Below, one piece after another: positions 44,011 to 54,804 of a DNA stretch of 64,000 nt. The translations under genes were made by a program, and so were the position numbers. Positions within the stretch are counted from its first letter, which is position 1. Every line of letters begins with the position of its first letter. This DNA is from an uncultured Spirochaetota bacterium (lineage in GTDB: Bacteria; Spirochaetota; Brevinematia; Brevinematales; JAOACQ01), in the NCBI GenBank assembly GCA_963783575.1, contig CAWAOD010000011.1, positions 32,001 through 96,000 of the forward strand. Direction: 5' to 3'. Under the pieces are notes generated by a model that had not been told where the DNA came from, searched no databases, and was given only the letters and a program-made list of their open reading frames with translations.

Positions 44011-45405
44011 TCAGTTTAAGATTTCGGGGCAAGGTACCTCCTCGCACAGGCGGATGCAGGATACCGTTTTACGGAAGCTGAAGAGATAAAACATACCCCC
44101 GAGAAAAGTGACCAGTGAAAACAGGAGCAAAAGATTGCTGTAACCATAGCTCCCCGGCATCGTAACGACGGGGAGGAGCTGAAATTCAAGCCACCTTCCG
44201 TCGAGAATTTTTCCTGCCAGCGCGGTTCCGACAGCGCCGGAAATTATGGAAACAAGATTAAACAGCCCCATACCGATACCGGTTTCCTGTTCGGGAAGGG
44301 TCTGGGAAACGCTGTTTATCATGGCCGTCTGGAAGAGTGAAAAACCTGTATATGTCAGCAGCAAAGCGGCGGCAATGATCAGGGATGAAAAGCTCAGCAG
44401 GAACGACATCAATATCATGCTTGCAATCAGAAGGATCAGACCGATGGCTACAACAAAATTATTGCCTTTGCGGTCGGCTAGTGAACCGGCGATAGGGCCG
44501 AATATAACAGAGCTTATTGCACCGGGAAAAAGTATCAGGCCGATCTGGCCGGTACTCAGACCATGGATTTCATGCAGCATTAGTGGAATAATGAACAGGA
44601 TACCGATAACTATTGAGAACAGGCTGAAACCGACAATAACCCCGCTTCGAAACCTGGCGTTTTTGAACAGCTCCGGTTTAATGAACGGTTCGGAAGCCGT
44701 AAGTATGCGGTATATGAATGCGACAAGGAAGAAACCGAATGCCGCCAAGAAATACCATTCGCTGAAGTTCAGGTAAACGACAAAACTACCGACCGCCAAT
44801 GCAATCAATGCAGCACCGGTAATGTCGACACTCCCTGCCCTGCGTGGTTCTTCAGGAAGTTCCCTGACGAGAAATCCGATCGAAACAAGCATGAGGAGTG
44901 GAATAAGGAACAGGTACGACCAATGAAGTGATCCCGACACGAATCCTCCGATGACCGGTCCGACACCGATTGCGAATGAAACTGTTGAAGTTATAACGCC
45001 AAAAATCTTTCCCCTTTCCTGATCGGAAAAGTAGCGGGCAACAACAACAAAAATAAGCGAAGGGATTGCAGAAGCCCCGATCCCCTGAATGGCCCTGGCC
45101 AATATAACAAGCGGATAGGAAAACTGAAGAACAAAGCCCATGATTGACCCCGTGTTGTATAAAACAATCCCTATGACTATCAAATGGCGAAGGCTGTATA
45201 TATCGGACAGTTTTCCATAAATCACGGACCCGATGCCGAAAAAGACAAGGAAGATAGTCATCATCCAGCTTACACCCGAGTGGCTGAGGGCGAACTGTTC
45301 GGCTATCCTGGGCGTTGAAACATTGAACACGGTCTCGTTTAAAACCGAGAAAAATATTAAATAAATTATCCAGGGGACCAGCTTTTTCAAATTTTTAGTT
45401 TTCAA
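44011..45405 (-). CDS. DHA2 MFS efflux transporter, Tet(L)/Tet(K)-like
   Basis: FFSVLNETVFNVS.P.IA, YGKLSD, GPVIGG, EPFIKPELFKN; about 14 hydrophobic segments. Confidence 0.8.
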   Translation of the reverse strand: MKTKNLKKLVPWIIYLIFFSVLNETVFNVSTPRIAEQFALSHSGVSWMMTIFLVFFGIGSVIYGKLSDIYSLRHLIVIGIVLYNTGSIMGFVLQFSYPLVILARAIQGIGASAIPSLIFVVVARYFSDQERGKIFGVITSTVSFAIGVGPVIGGFVSGSLHWSYLFLIPLLMLVSIGFLVRELPEEPRRAGSVDITGAALIALAVGSFVVYLNFSEWYFLAAFGFFLVAFIYRILTASEPFIKPELFKNARFRSGVIVGFSLFSIVIGILFIIPLMLHEIHGLSTGQIGLILFPGAISSVIFGPIAGSLADRKGNNFVVAIGLILLIASMILMSFLLSFSSLIIAAALLLTYTGFSLFQTAMINSVSQTLPEQETGIGMGLFNLVSIISGAVGTALAGKILDGRWLEFQLLPVVTMPGSYGYSNLLLLFSLVTFLGGMFYLFSFRKTVSCIRLCEEVPCPEILN

Positions 45406-45467
45406 AATATATCTCCTTATTAAAGGCTATTGTAATAGCCTTTATATTTTTTAATCAAGCTTCTTTT

Positions 45468-46025
45468 TTATTTTAAGGGCTCGTAATTAAGGATCACGTT
45501 TCCCGATTTCATTTGCTTAACATTTATCAGTTTCAGCTTAAACCTTTCATTGATGCCTTTTAATAAAGGCTTGCCCCCACCCAGGAAAAGCGGGTTCAAA
45601 AAAATCACGAATTCATCTATCAAGCCGAATTGAATAAAGCTCAATGCAAGATCGGAACTGCCGAATATTGCCATATCCTTGCCCGGCATTTCTTTAAGTT
45701 TATTTATTTCACCGGCATTAAAGTTTTTTACAAGCCTTGTATTATGCCATTCCGCCTTTTCGAGAGTTTTTGAAAAAACGATTTTAGGCAGGTTATTCAT
45801 TCTTTCTGCAACGACAGAATCATCATTAATGGCCTGCCCGGTCGGCCAGTAACTGGCCATGAGCTGGTAAGTAACCCGTCCGAAAATAAGGGTTTCCAGC
45901 CTGTTCAGAAAATCAACCGCATATTCGTTAAATTCGGCATCCACATTATGCCAGTCAATTTCCCTGTTAGGGCCTTCATAATAACCGTCAAGGGTTATCA
46001 GATTTTGAAAAATAATTTTTCTCAT
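45468..46025 (-). CDS. dihydrofolate reductase-family protein
   Basis: MRKIIFQNLITLDGYYEGP, GRVTY, GLIDEF; ATG after aggagg. Confidence 0.88.
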   Translation of the reverse strand: MRKIIFQNLITLDGYYEGPNREIDWHNVDAEFNEYAVDFLNRLETLIFGRVTYQLMASYWPTGQAINDDSVVAERMNNLPKIVFSKTLEKAEWHNTRLVKNFNAGEINKLKEMPGKDMAIFGSSDLALSFIQFGLIDEFVIFLNPLFLGGGKPLLKGINERFKLKLINVKQMKSGNVILNYEPLK

Positions 46026-46119
46026 GACAGGAACCCTCCTTAAAAATACTCTATGGATTGTCCAAAAATTAGAAGTGCCTCTGTTATAATAATAATTAAA
46101 AAATATCAGAACGGAAACT

Positions 46120-46560
46120 TTTCCAAAGGCTTTTGTTTGATCGGAAATGGGGCTGAAATGCCGTTCTCCCTTTTGGGAAAAGGGAAGCAAAAGCCTGTTC
46201 CTTTCTTTCCTGGACAGCCAGGATAGAAAGGAACCAAAAGAAAGGAGCTGCCCCCGCAGCATATATTATACTGGGCTTTTTTAGTTATGCTAAGATCGGA
46301 GAAACACCGCGAGTATTGGAAAGATCACCGTAAAACCCGGATACCAAGTAACTACGGGCGCAGGATGCGCCATGACAGCTTTACTTTTACCAATCAAGCA
46401 GTGCAGAATATCAATACTTAATTGTATTAATACAAATTATTTATTTAATAAGTAGCAAGTCGGCAATTAATACCTTTATGACATTACCCTACAATTAAGT
46501 ATTGATATTCTGCGAGCGACACTATGTCGCACAGAAATGGCGCTCATACTGCGGGGATGA
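46120..46560. repeat. structured intergenic repeat, copy 1
   Basis: perfect 24-bp IR 46403-46426 / 46490-46513; motifs shared with the 49.6-kb and 59-kb intergenic regions. Confidence 0.65.
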
Positions 46561-46610
46561 AAGTCTTGTAAAAATGAGGATTTCCGTTTCACCGATTGTA
46601 TAATTAAAAT

Positions 46611-46644
46611 AAAAAAGCCGGACCTAAAAATAATCCGGCTTTTA
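46611..46644 (-). terminator. probable intrinsic terminator
   Basis: aaaagccgga...tccggctttt hairpin with a T-tract on the minus strand, just downstream of 46661-47548. Confidence 0.65.
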
Positions 46645-46660
46645 TATTTGATTCAAAAAT

Positions 46661-47548
46661 CTATATCTTTTTAAGAACATATATTACTTTGTTTAATTTA
46701 TCATGGACAGTTAATACCGAGGCGTCCCTGCTCAAAAAAACGGTGCCGACATTTATATTATTTAATTGGGCGGGCAGGCTTTCTTCCTTCCACGTTTTTC
46801 CTCCGTCTGCGGTTTGAAGAATCATCCATTTTTGTTTCTGTTCTAAGATAGCTGTTATAAGGGTGCCTTTACTTTCATCGGTAAAGCGGAGTGCTGCTTT
46901 TGGAGCCGTTGGAACCATGATAAGCAGTTGTCTGCCTTTAAAGTCTATTTTATGCGAATCCCAGGTCTTACAACCATCCTTTGTTATAAAAAGATCACCG
47001 CTCAATGTGAAAAGAAATCCCTGATCTTTGGAAAGCATGTGGATTGCCATAATATTTTTTATCTGCGGGGGGAGTGTAATCTCCGTCCAGCTTTTTGCGC
47101 CGTCATAGGTGACGGCCAGTCTGCTTTGCGAAGCTATCCAGCCTGACTCGGGATCTATGAAACTTAAATACCTGCATTCATTGGGTTCAAAATTACCGAA
47201 ATCTGCCGCTTCGACCCATGTCACTCCGCTGTCATGGGATACGCGGACATTACCATTGTTTCCGCTCGTCCATGCGTTATTCGGATCAAGAATTTCCAGC
47301 CCGAAACGGCACGCGGAAACATTTACACCATTCGGCCAGCTTTTGCCGCCATCGGATGTATAATGAACTTCACCTGCATATCCGGCTGTAATCCCGTTTG
47401 TCAGGTCGTAAAAACCGGCTATGTAAACAGCGTTGGTATTATAAGGGGAACTAAGCTTTATTTTCCATTTTACTGCGGCAAAAGCGCTGCCGGTAAATAA
47501 TACAGTCAAAAATATCAGGAAAGCGAGCGGGAACATGATTTTTTTCAT
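46661..47548 (-). CDS. secreted BNR/YCF48-like beta-propeller protein
   Basis: signal peptide ending AFA; repeated T.DGGK.W Asp-boxes. Confidence 0.8.
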   Translation of the reverse strand: MKKIMFPLAFLIFLTVLFTGSAFAAVKWKIKLSSPYNTNAVYIAGFYDLTNGITAGYAGEVHYTSDGGKSWPNGVNVSACRFGLEILDPNNAWTSGNNGNVRVSHDSGVTWVEAADFGNFEPNECRYLSFIDPESGWIASQSRLAVTYDGAKSWTEITLPPQIKNIMAIHMLSKDQGFLFTLSGDLFITKDGCKTWDSHKIDFKGRQLLIMVPTAPKAALRFTDESKGTLITAILEQKQKWMILQTADGGKTWKEESLPAQLNNINVGTVFLSRDASVLTVHDKLNKVIYVLKKI

Positions 47549-47562
47549 ATAATATTCCTCCT

Positions 47563-49101
47563 TTAAAATTTCATATAAAACTTGGATTCATTTTTTATCA
47601 ATAAGTCTTTACTCTCCTCTTTTTGTTGTGATCTTGTCGACATCAGGTAAAGCGCATCTTCTATTGATATTGTTTCCGATTCATCTTTATAATAATCAAT
47701 TCGTTTGATAAGATCCTTATCACAGATGGTATTACTGGCCGCTCTTGAGGCCAATGAAATTATTTCCGTAACGTCGCCTCCATATGTAACCGATATTTCC
47801 AGAAGATCTTTTAAGCGGGGAACTTCATGATCCGCCTTTGCTGCAATCTCCGCGATCCATGTAACCGGCATCGATTTATAATCAGCGCGGGGAATAATCC
47901 GGCCCGCGGTTCTGATTACATCCCTGTTATACCTGGCGATTCGGGCTGCAGCCAGCAGGCGTTTCATCGCATCATTTCGCGACTTTGACGTACTGTAATA
48001 GCTTTCAATCTCTGAAGCTAATTTCTGGCCCGGCGCTAATGCGCTGGTAAGCGTCACAAAAGAAAGAATCATAAATATTCCCAATAAAATAAGATTGATA
48101 ATTCGGTTATGCGCTTTGAAAAACATGATCTTTTTCAGCCGCCATTTGATCTGTCCAGGGCCGACTGCAATTGAAGCCATGGCTGGATTCGGCAAAAATG
48201 AACCGGATATTCTTTCCAGCATGCGTATGATAATAAGCGCGTAATTCCTTCTTTCCACAGGTTCTATGCGGGAAAGAACCCTTGAATCGCATGCCGCCTC
48301 CGCATCATTCTTCATCCGGTAAAATGCGTACCAGATAAGAGGGTTAAACCAGTGCAGAATCTGGAATAAATTGATCAGCCAATTGATAAGAATGTCTTTT
48401 CTTTTATAATGAAAAATCTCATGCATAAAAATGTAACGCAATTCATTATAATTAAAATTATTTTCCAGGTCAGCCGGCATCAGCAGCTTCGGATGAAATA
48501 ATCCGTAAATAGAGGGAATATTTATTGCATTACCGTAATATATCCCTATTGCTTTATTTATTTTTAATTCTTTTTTACATTCATTCCAGATTTCTAAAAT
48601 CTTACCACTGTTAATATAAATAAAGTTTTTTTTGATTTTAAAACCATAGAAAATATGAATCCAGACCGTATAAAAAACCAGGAGAATGACTCCCGTAAAC
48701 CAGATTAAACCAAAATGACCTATAAAATTCATATTCGAATTTGAACCGGATGTATTTCCTGAGGTATTTTGAAGAGGTTTGTTTTCAAGCGGCAAACCAT
48801 TGTTCCGGCCGGTTATCATAGAGGAAAAAATATTGGTAAAGTTTTCGTTCAAACCGGGGATATCCAGGCTATAGCTGCTGAACTGGTTTCCGTTAATCTT
48901 TACCAGGTTGAAAATACTTGCGATGCTGCCTGGTCCAAAAGGCACCGCCAGTTTCAGAATAAAAATGAACCAGAGCGCATACTGCCAGAAAGGGCTTAAA
49001 TAATTTCGAAAAACAAGCTGGATTCCAAGAATCAATAGTATCAATATACAGGCCATAAATGAAGAAATAAGGATCCAGTTAAAAAATATATTGATATTCA
49101 T
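47563..49101 (-). CDS. BlaR1/MecR1-like M56 metallopeptidase sensor
   Basis: HEIFHYKRKD, HWFNPLIW, EAACD; follows a blaI-like gene. Confidence 0.9.
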   Translation of the reverse strand: MNINIFFNWILISSFMACILILLILGIQLVFRNYLSPFWQYALWFIFILKLAVPFGPGSIASIFNLVKINGNQFSSYSLDIPGLNENFTNIFSSMITGRNNGLPLENKPLQNTSGNTSGSNSNMNFIGHFGLIWFTGVILLVFYTVWIHIFYGFKIKKNFIYINSGKILEIWNECKKELKINKAIGIYYGNAINIPSIYGLFHPKLLMPADLENNFNYNELRYIFMHEIFHYKRKDILINWLINLFQILHWFNPLIWYAFYRMKNDAEAACDSRVLSRIEPVERRNYALIIIRMLERISGSFLPNPAMASIAVGPGQIKWRLKKIMFFKAHNRIINLILLGIFMILSFVTLTSALAPGQKLASEIESYYSTSKSRNDAMKRLLAAARIARYNRDVIRTAGRIIPRADYKSMPVTWIAEIAAKADHEVPRLKDLLEISVTYGGDVTEIISLASRAASNTICDKDLIKRIDYYKDESETISIEDALYLMSTRSQQKEESKDLLIKNESKFYMKF

Positions 49102-49104
49102 AAA

Positions 49105-49479
49105 TTACTCCTTTTTTTTATCCAGTATGCGTTTGAGTTCAGCGATCTCTTCCGGAGAAAACTTTCTCGCGTCCAGGAAGCTTGCAAGCATAGCCTGAAG
49201 AGCCCCGCCATGGACCCTATCCAGGAAAGTTTCATTCTCAATCCGTACGCATTCGGCTTCAGGAACTATCGCGTAATAAGTAAAAGTACGGTTTTTTTTA
49301 TCAACCCCTAAGGCCCCTTTCTTCACAAGCCTGCTTAGGAATGTTTTTATCGTACGGTGATTCCAGCTCGTCTTCTCAGACAATTCATTCACAACCTGGC
49401 TGGCAGTCATTGGCCCTTTCGACCAAATTTCCCTCATAACCGTCCATTCCGTATCTGAAATATGCGGTATAGTTTTCAC
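49105..49479 (-). CDS. BlaI/MecI/CopY family repressor
   Basis: ISDTEWTVMREIW, TIKTFLSRLVKKG. Confidence 0.92.
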   Translation of the reverse strand: MKTIPHISDTEWTVMREIWSKGPMTASQVVNELSEKTSWNHRTIKTFLSRLVKKGALGVDKKNRTFTYYAIVPEAECVRIENETFLDRVHGGALQAMLASFLDARKFSPEEIAELKRILDKKKE

Positions 49480-49496
49480 ATAAACCTCCTGTTAAT

Positions 49497-49545
49497 GACT
49501 ACAAATGAAGTCATACATATTACAATTGTAGTCAATTTTTGTCAA
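49497..49545 (-). promoter_or_regulatory. BlaI-type operator pair overlapping the promoter
   Basis: TACA-NN-TGTA box tacaattgta 49521-49530, variant gactacaaatgaagtc 49497-49512; TTGACA at 49540-49545 on the minus strand. Confidence 0.7.
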
Positions 49546-49617
49546 GATAAAATAAAAAATATTTTTTCATGCAACATATGCAATCAGTGCACTGCCATGC
49601 AACATTGTGTTACTGAA

Positions 49618-50150
49618 GAACTAGCGTTCGGCTGGATGTTAACTTTTAGGCGGATATCATGGAGCATCCTGCTCCCTTTATTACTTGGTTTTTCCCGATT
49701 TAGCTCACATCCTGTTTCATACGGAATTTCATTCCTTATAGATCGGTAGGTCGCTTTTCCGAGTCGCTCTCAACAGTGACTTTTCTTTCCTGGGCAGCCA
49801 GGGAAGGTGCCGCCCGAGAGGGCGGGTTGCTATCGGAAGCTCGCTGCGGCAAAACACACTCACGCCGATGCGGCCTATCTCTGTGAGTATGTTTTGCCTC
49901 CGCTTATCTTTCCGAAAGCCTTGTAAAAAAGAACAGCCGGGAAATTTATAAACAATTCTTTTATCATTAATAAAAATCTAAAATTACCAATTCTTTTTGG
50001 TTATTCGCCGGCTGTTCCAAGTATGATAAATATCAAAGTAATTCCAATTAAGAAATACTCCGGGGGGATGTTTCCCCAAAGACGGGGAAATGGTAAACAA
50101 GTTCGGGGAGGCAGTGTTTTGATTCGGGGGAATCATCCCCGAAAGCTGGG
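49618..50150. repeat. structured intergenic repeat, copy 2
   Basis: gaactagcgttcggct and atggagcatcctgctcc shared with 59176-59232; several GC-rich hairpins. Confidence 0.6.
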
Positions 50151-50161
50151 AGAGTATATTT

Positions 50162-53100
50162 TCACATGAAATTTGTTAGTTTCGAAGAGATATTATCCAT
50201 CCGGCGGTTCTCAAACCTACTGAGCGCGCTATAGACACAGGGTACTACAAAAATAGTTAATAAAGTAGAAACTATTACACCCCCGATCAGGGCAATCGCC
50301 ATTGGGATCCGGCTTTCCGCCGACGGACCGATTGAAAGCGCGGGGGGAACTGCTCCAGCTATTGTCGCAAGCGAAGTCATCAAAATCGGACGTAAACGTA
50401 TAGGACATGCTTCCAACAGGGCATCTTTGACGGATTTTTTCCCCTCCGTCCTGACCCGTTTTGTAAAATCAATCAGCAGAATTGAATTTTTCTTTACAAT
50501 TCCCATTAGAAGGATGAGTCCAATCATACTGTAAATATTGATAGAACGGCCGGTGGCGTACAGGGCAATTAAAGCGCCTGAGGCGCTGAATGGTAGAGCC
50601 ATTAAAACTGTGACGGGGTCAATGAAACTATTGAACTGTACCGCGAGTACCATATATGCGATAAAGACACCCAGAATCAAGGCGAATATAAGACTTTGAT
50701 AAGATTCATCGAATGTCTTGGAACTGCCGCTCATAGTAATATAATAGCCGACAGGCAGGACCCGTTTGGATATTTCTTCAACAGCTTGCAGGGCCTTCTG
50801 CTGAAAACTCCCGGCTTTTACATTGGCATAAACGGTTATTGCGCGTTCGCGATTATATCGATTTACGGTAACCTTTGTATTCTTTTCCTCAATATTGACA
50901 AGATTGTATAGTGGTATCCTTTGACCATGATTGTTCCATACATAGAGGCTTTTTATCTTATCTTCAGGAAATTGCTTTGTGTCTTCAAGTTTTACATTAA
51001 TATCATAACGGTGGCCGCCCTGGGGATATGTTCCGATTATAATGCCTCCTATCATCGCGTTCACTGTTTGATCAATACCGGCAATGCTAACCCCATACTC
51101 TATGGCTTTTTTTCGGTCCGGAATGATATGAAGTTCGGGAGCCCCTTCCTGATAATCCGAGTCCAGATCATTGACAAGGCCGGTTTTATCCAGTTCAGTC
51201 ATAATCTGGCGTGAATACCCGGCGAGTTTGTCCCAATCAGGGCCCTGCACCGTAAATTCGACAGGGAAACCCCTGGAAGCCACGAAACTTTTCATCGAAA
51301 GATCCTGAAGAACTGCCCGGACATTATGCAGCTTATTGAAACGGCTGCGGCATAGCGCCATAAATTCCTGCTGGCTCAGCTCATGCCCTGCATCCGGATC
51401 AATACCACGATGCCTGCGGTCTTTCATAGTAACCAACACCTGCCCGCTGTTTGCGTCGCCCGGGGAACCTCCCCCAACTTGAAGGACATATCTGTCAATT
51501 TCCTTCCTTGTCGCAAGGAATTTTTCAACCTCGGAAAATCTTGTATCGGAATAATCAAGTGATGATCCTATGGGCGTCTTCAGGCGGATGTTAAAACGGC
51601 TCTGGTCCTCAGCGGGAAGAAATTCTTTATTGATGTAGCGTATGGTCAGGAAACTCAAACCGAAGAAAGCGAATGACAGAATAATAACGATCAACCGGTG
51701 TTTCAATACCCATAATAGTGAGATTTTATAAATATTTGTCAATCCGGAAAGGAGCCAGTCCATAAACCTGCCTATAATTGTCTTCCTTTTCCCGGCATCG
51801 ACAAACTGGGAGCAGAACATTGGGGTTAGTGTTAAGGCATTTACCAGGGATAATAATACCGCTACAGTTATTGTTACCCCGAACTGGAAAAAATATTTCC
51901 CTATCACACCGCTCATAAACGCGACAGGCAGAAAAATAGCCACAATTGAAATAGTCGCCGCGATAGCGGCGAAACTTATCTCTCTGGAACCATCAATTGC
52001 CGCATTAAGCCTGTTTTTTCCCTTTTCCTGGTGCCGGACAATATTTTCCAGCACTATTATGGCATCGTCGACAACTATTCCGACAGATAGGCTCAATCCC
52101 ATTAAAGTAAATGTATTTAATGTAAATCCGGAAAAATATAGCACGATGAAAGTCCCGATTACCGAAGTCGGCATGGATAATAACACATTCAGAGTTGATG
52201 ACCATGAACCGAGAAATATAAAACAGACGAAAGCGGTAAGAAGTATGGAAAGAATGAGTATGAAATTCAGTTCTTTGACAGACTGTTCAATATAACGTGT
52301 ACTGTCGAAATTAATTGCCAGATGCATTCCCTCCGGAAGAGTTTTCTGTATCTCATCAACCTTGGCGCGGATTGCCCTGGCTACATTAACCGCATTTGCG
52401 CCGCGCTGTTTTCTAATACTCAGTCCGACACCTGGGACACCGTTTCCACGGCTCATTCTTGTAATATCTGCAAGGCCTTCGTCGACTTTTGCCACATTTT
52501 TAAGAGAAAGAAGGGCATAGTTTGGCTGTCCGTTACGCTGATCAATATTTAAATTCTCAAATTGTTTAACAGATGTCGCTTCACCCATTATACGTACGAA
52601 AAGCTGCTTATTGTCCTTGTTGATGATGCCAGCCGGTGATTCCGTATGCCCTTTCTGAATGGCATCGATAATATCAGATACCGTCAAATCATAATCGTTA
52701 AGCTTTTTCGCGGACAGCCAGATCCGCAGGTTCGGATCAACATATCCGCCTAGAGTGATATCGCCCACTCCCGTAACCATGGCAAACTGATTTTTCAAAC
52801 GGTCGTTGACAAATTCCATCAGATACCTTAGCGGGTACCGGGCGCTGTCCAAAGTCAGTAACATAATAGGCTGGTCTTCAGGGTTAACTTTTGAAATAGT
52901 CGGAAGCTTGGCGTCCTTTGGAAGCCGCTGCTGAATTTGAGCTACCTTGGCCTGTACATCCTGGACCGCGATATCGATATTACGGCTAAGATCAAATTCA
53001 ATAGTAACAGTCCCTTCACTATTTTCCGATTGGGAAGTAACATGACGGACACCCTGGATGCTCATCACCGCGTCTTCCACGGTGTCCACGATCTCTGTCT

Positions 53101-53278
53101 CTATGATTTCAGGCGCGGCGCCTTCCAGTCTGATATTTACCGATACTACCGGAAAATCAACATCCGGAAGCTGGCTGATTCCCATCCTCATAAAAGAAAT
53201 CCCGCCCAGCACAATGAGACCTGTCATCAACATCCAGGCAAATAAAGGGCGTTTTATAGACAGTTCAGGCAATGTCAT
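50162..53278 (-). CDS. RND efflux permease (AcrB family)
   Basis: GIVVDDAIIVLENI, GIVKKNSILLIDF, RLRPILMTS; 1038 aa. Confidence 0.95.
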   Translation of the reverse strand: MTLPELSIKRPLFAWMLMTGLIVLGGISFMRMGISQLPDVDFPVVSVNIRLEGAAPEIIETEIVDTVEDAVMSIQGVRHVTSQSENSEGTVTIEFDLSRNIDIAVQDVQAKVAQIQQRLPKDAKLPTISKVNPEDQPIMLLTLDSARYPLRYLMEFVNDRLKNQFAMVTGVGDITLGGYVDPNLRIWLSAKKLNDYDLTVSDIIDAIQKGHTESPAGIINKDNKQLFVRIMGEATSVKQFENLNIDQRNGQPNYALLSLKNVAKVDEGLADITRMSRGNGVPGVGLSIRKQRGANAVNVARAIRAKVDEIQKTLPEGMHLAINFDSTRYIEQSVKELNFILILSILLTAFVCFIFLGSWSSTLNVLLSMPTSVIGTFIVLYFSGFTLNTFTLMGLSLSVGIVVDDAIIVLENIVRHQEKGKNRLNAAIDGSREISFAAIAATISIVAIFLPVAFMSGVIGKYFFQFGVTITVAVLLSLVNALTLTPMFCSQFVDAGKRKTIIGRFMDWLLSGLTNIYKISLLWVLKHRLIVIILSFAFFGLSFLTIRYINKEFLPAEDQSRFNIRLKTPIGSSLDYSDTRFSEVEKFLATRKEIDRYVLQVGGGSPGDANSGQVLVTMKDRRHRGIDPDAGHELSQQEFMALCRSRFNKLHNVRAVLQDLSMKSFVASRGFPVEFTVQGPDWDKLAGYSRQIMTELDKTGLVNDLDSDYQEGAPELHIIPDRKKAIEYGVSIAGIDQTVNAMIGGIIIGTYPQGGHRYDINVKLEDTKQFPEDKIKSLYVWNNHGQRIPLYNLVNIEEKNTKVTVNRYNRERAITVYANVKAGSFQQKALQAVEEISKRVLPVGYYITMSGSSKTFDESYQSLIFALILGVFIAYMVLAVQFNSFIDPVTVLMALPFSASGALIALYATGRSINIYSMIGLILLMGIVKKNSILLIDFTKRVRTEGKKSVKDALLEACPIRLRPILMTSLATIAGAVPPALSIGPSAESRIPMAIALIGGVIVSTLLTIFVVPCVYSALSRFENRRMDNISSKLTNFM

Positions 53279-54513
53279 AATTTAATATCCTCCGGGAGCT
53301 GGAACTCACCGGAATAAATGCGCAAGCGCAACCATTCCAGTTGAGCTGAATATATTAGGGAGTCCAGCGTACGGAATGAATCTTCATAAGAACTGTATGC
53401 TGAAAGAACATCGGTAATTTTTACGGCTCCAACCTTGTAATCTTTTTCCATTAGCTGATAATTAGTTTTAAGATATTGAAGGGCTTCCTGAATTGTGTTG
53501 ATCTGGTTAATATCGGACAAAAGAGACGCGTATGAAATACGGATATCACGCTGGATACCGTTATAAAGGTATTGATAAGCGGAATCTGACTGTCTATTCA
53601 ATGATTCAGCCTGCCGGATTCTTGATTGAATGTAAGTACCTGAAAAAAGGCTGTATGTAAGGGATAGCTGAATATTCCAATTCCAGGATATATTGTTTAT
53701 TAACTGGGAATTACCCGCTGATATTGCCAGGTCGGCCCAGGGGTACTGTTCGCTCTTTTCTATATCAATCGCCTTTTTGGTACTGAAGCTTTGAGCTTTT
53801 GCCGCTTTTAAGTCGGGGCGTTCCTCCATGGATTTAAGAAATTGATTAATTTCCGGGAGATTCCCAGGCAGATTTGTTTCTGAAACCAGTGTAGTAAAAT
53901 TTGAAACGCCTGTCAAAAATTGAAATAACTCAAAGACATTTGATAGTTCTCCTTCCATTTGCGCCTGCTGGGAATAGGAAAGTGCCCAGGCAGCCTTAGC
54001 GCTTGACAAATCGCTTGCCCGGCTTCTGCCTATCTTTACCCAGGACTCAATTTCTTTTGTTTGTTCATTATAAAGCCCAACCTGATTCCGGATATGCTCC
54101 AGTTGTTTCCGGATATTTACCAGATTATAAAAAACTATTGCCGAATCCAGGTATAGCTGATCGTAAGCCCAATTCCAGGCCTCTTTCTGCTCCTTAATCA
54201 GCGACTTAGACTGCTCAAGTATTGCAATGCTTTTAAAGCCGCGAAATATAGGCTGCGACAGTGAAAGTTCAAGACCGCCGTTGAGTGGCGCGGACTGGGT
54301 TTGCGAAGAATAGCCGCTTCCGTTTACGGAAAGGGCCGGCATGAAATTCTGTCTAGCCTGCAGGTAAACTTCCTCTGCCTGTTTCAATGACTCACCCTGG
54401 TTAGCAATGACATAACTCTTTTCTACCGCTTTCAGGAAGCAGTCATTCAGGGTCAGGTTAGAATCTGGGGAGGTATTTAATGTCATAGCAAATAACAAAC
54501 TTATTATCGGCAT
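53275..54513 (-). CDS. TolC-family outer membrane efflux protein
   Basis: two OEP-like halves (LSQPIFRG; ERPDLKAA; YKVG); overlaps the RND gene start. Confidence 0.85.
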   Translation of the reverse strand: MPIISLLFAMTLNTSPDSNLTLNDCFLKAVEKSYVIANQGESLKQAEEVYLQARQNFMPALSVNGSGYSSQTQSAPLNGGLELSLSQPIFRGFKSIAILEQSKSLIKEQKEAWNWAYDQLYLDSAIVFYNLVNIRKQLEHIRNQVGLYNEQTKEIESWVKIGRSRASDLSSAKAAWALSYSQQAQMEGELSNVFELFQFLTGVSNFTTLVSETNLPGNLPEINQFLKSMEERPDLKAAKAQSFSTKKAIDIEKSEQYPWADLAISAGNSQLINNISWNWNIQLSLTYSLFSGTYIQSRIRQAESLNRQSDSAYQYLYNGIQRDIRISYASLLSDINQINTIQEALQYLKTNYQLMEKDYKVGAVKITDVLSAYSSYEDSFRTLDSLIYSAQLEWLRLRIYSGEFQLPEDIKL

Positions 54514-54804
54514 AATGATTTTATTTATTCCTTATACAATTTTCTATAAATCGATATTTACAAAATGATGATTCAGAGAATTACAGAAAAGTTTTTTAGG
54601 ATATTCTCGATATTTGGATTCAAGTATATAATTTTATAAGAAAAAAGTCAAAATAGAAATGAGCTTCTTATATTATAAGCCGCTTAATTATCACAATAAG
54701 AAAATCGAAACTCTTGTTAAAATATCAAAAATTTTAGCATTGACATTTGACTGATAAAATTGTATCTTTTGGTATTATCTTGATAAAGTTAAGGAGGCTT
54801 CATA

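Noticed and set aside
46026..46262. N-terminal extensions of ORFs 45468-46262, 43400-44047 and 60299-61264, and the many short antisense ORFs
   Set aside because: Better starts with RBSs exist at 46025, 43978 and 60350; the antisense ORFs overlap well-supported genes and show no motifs.
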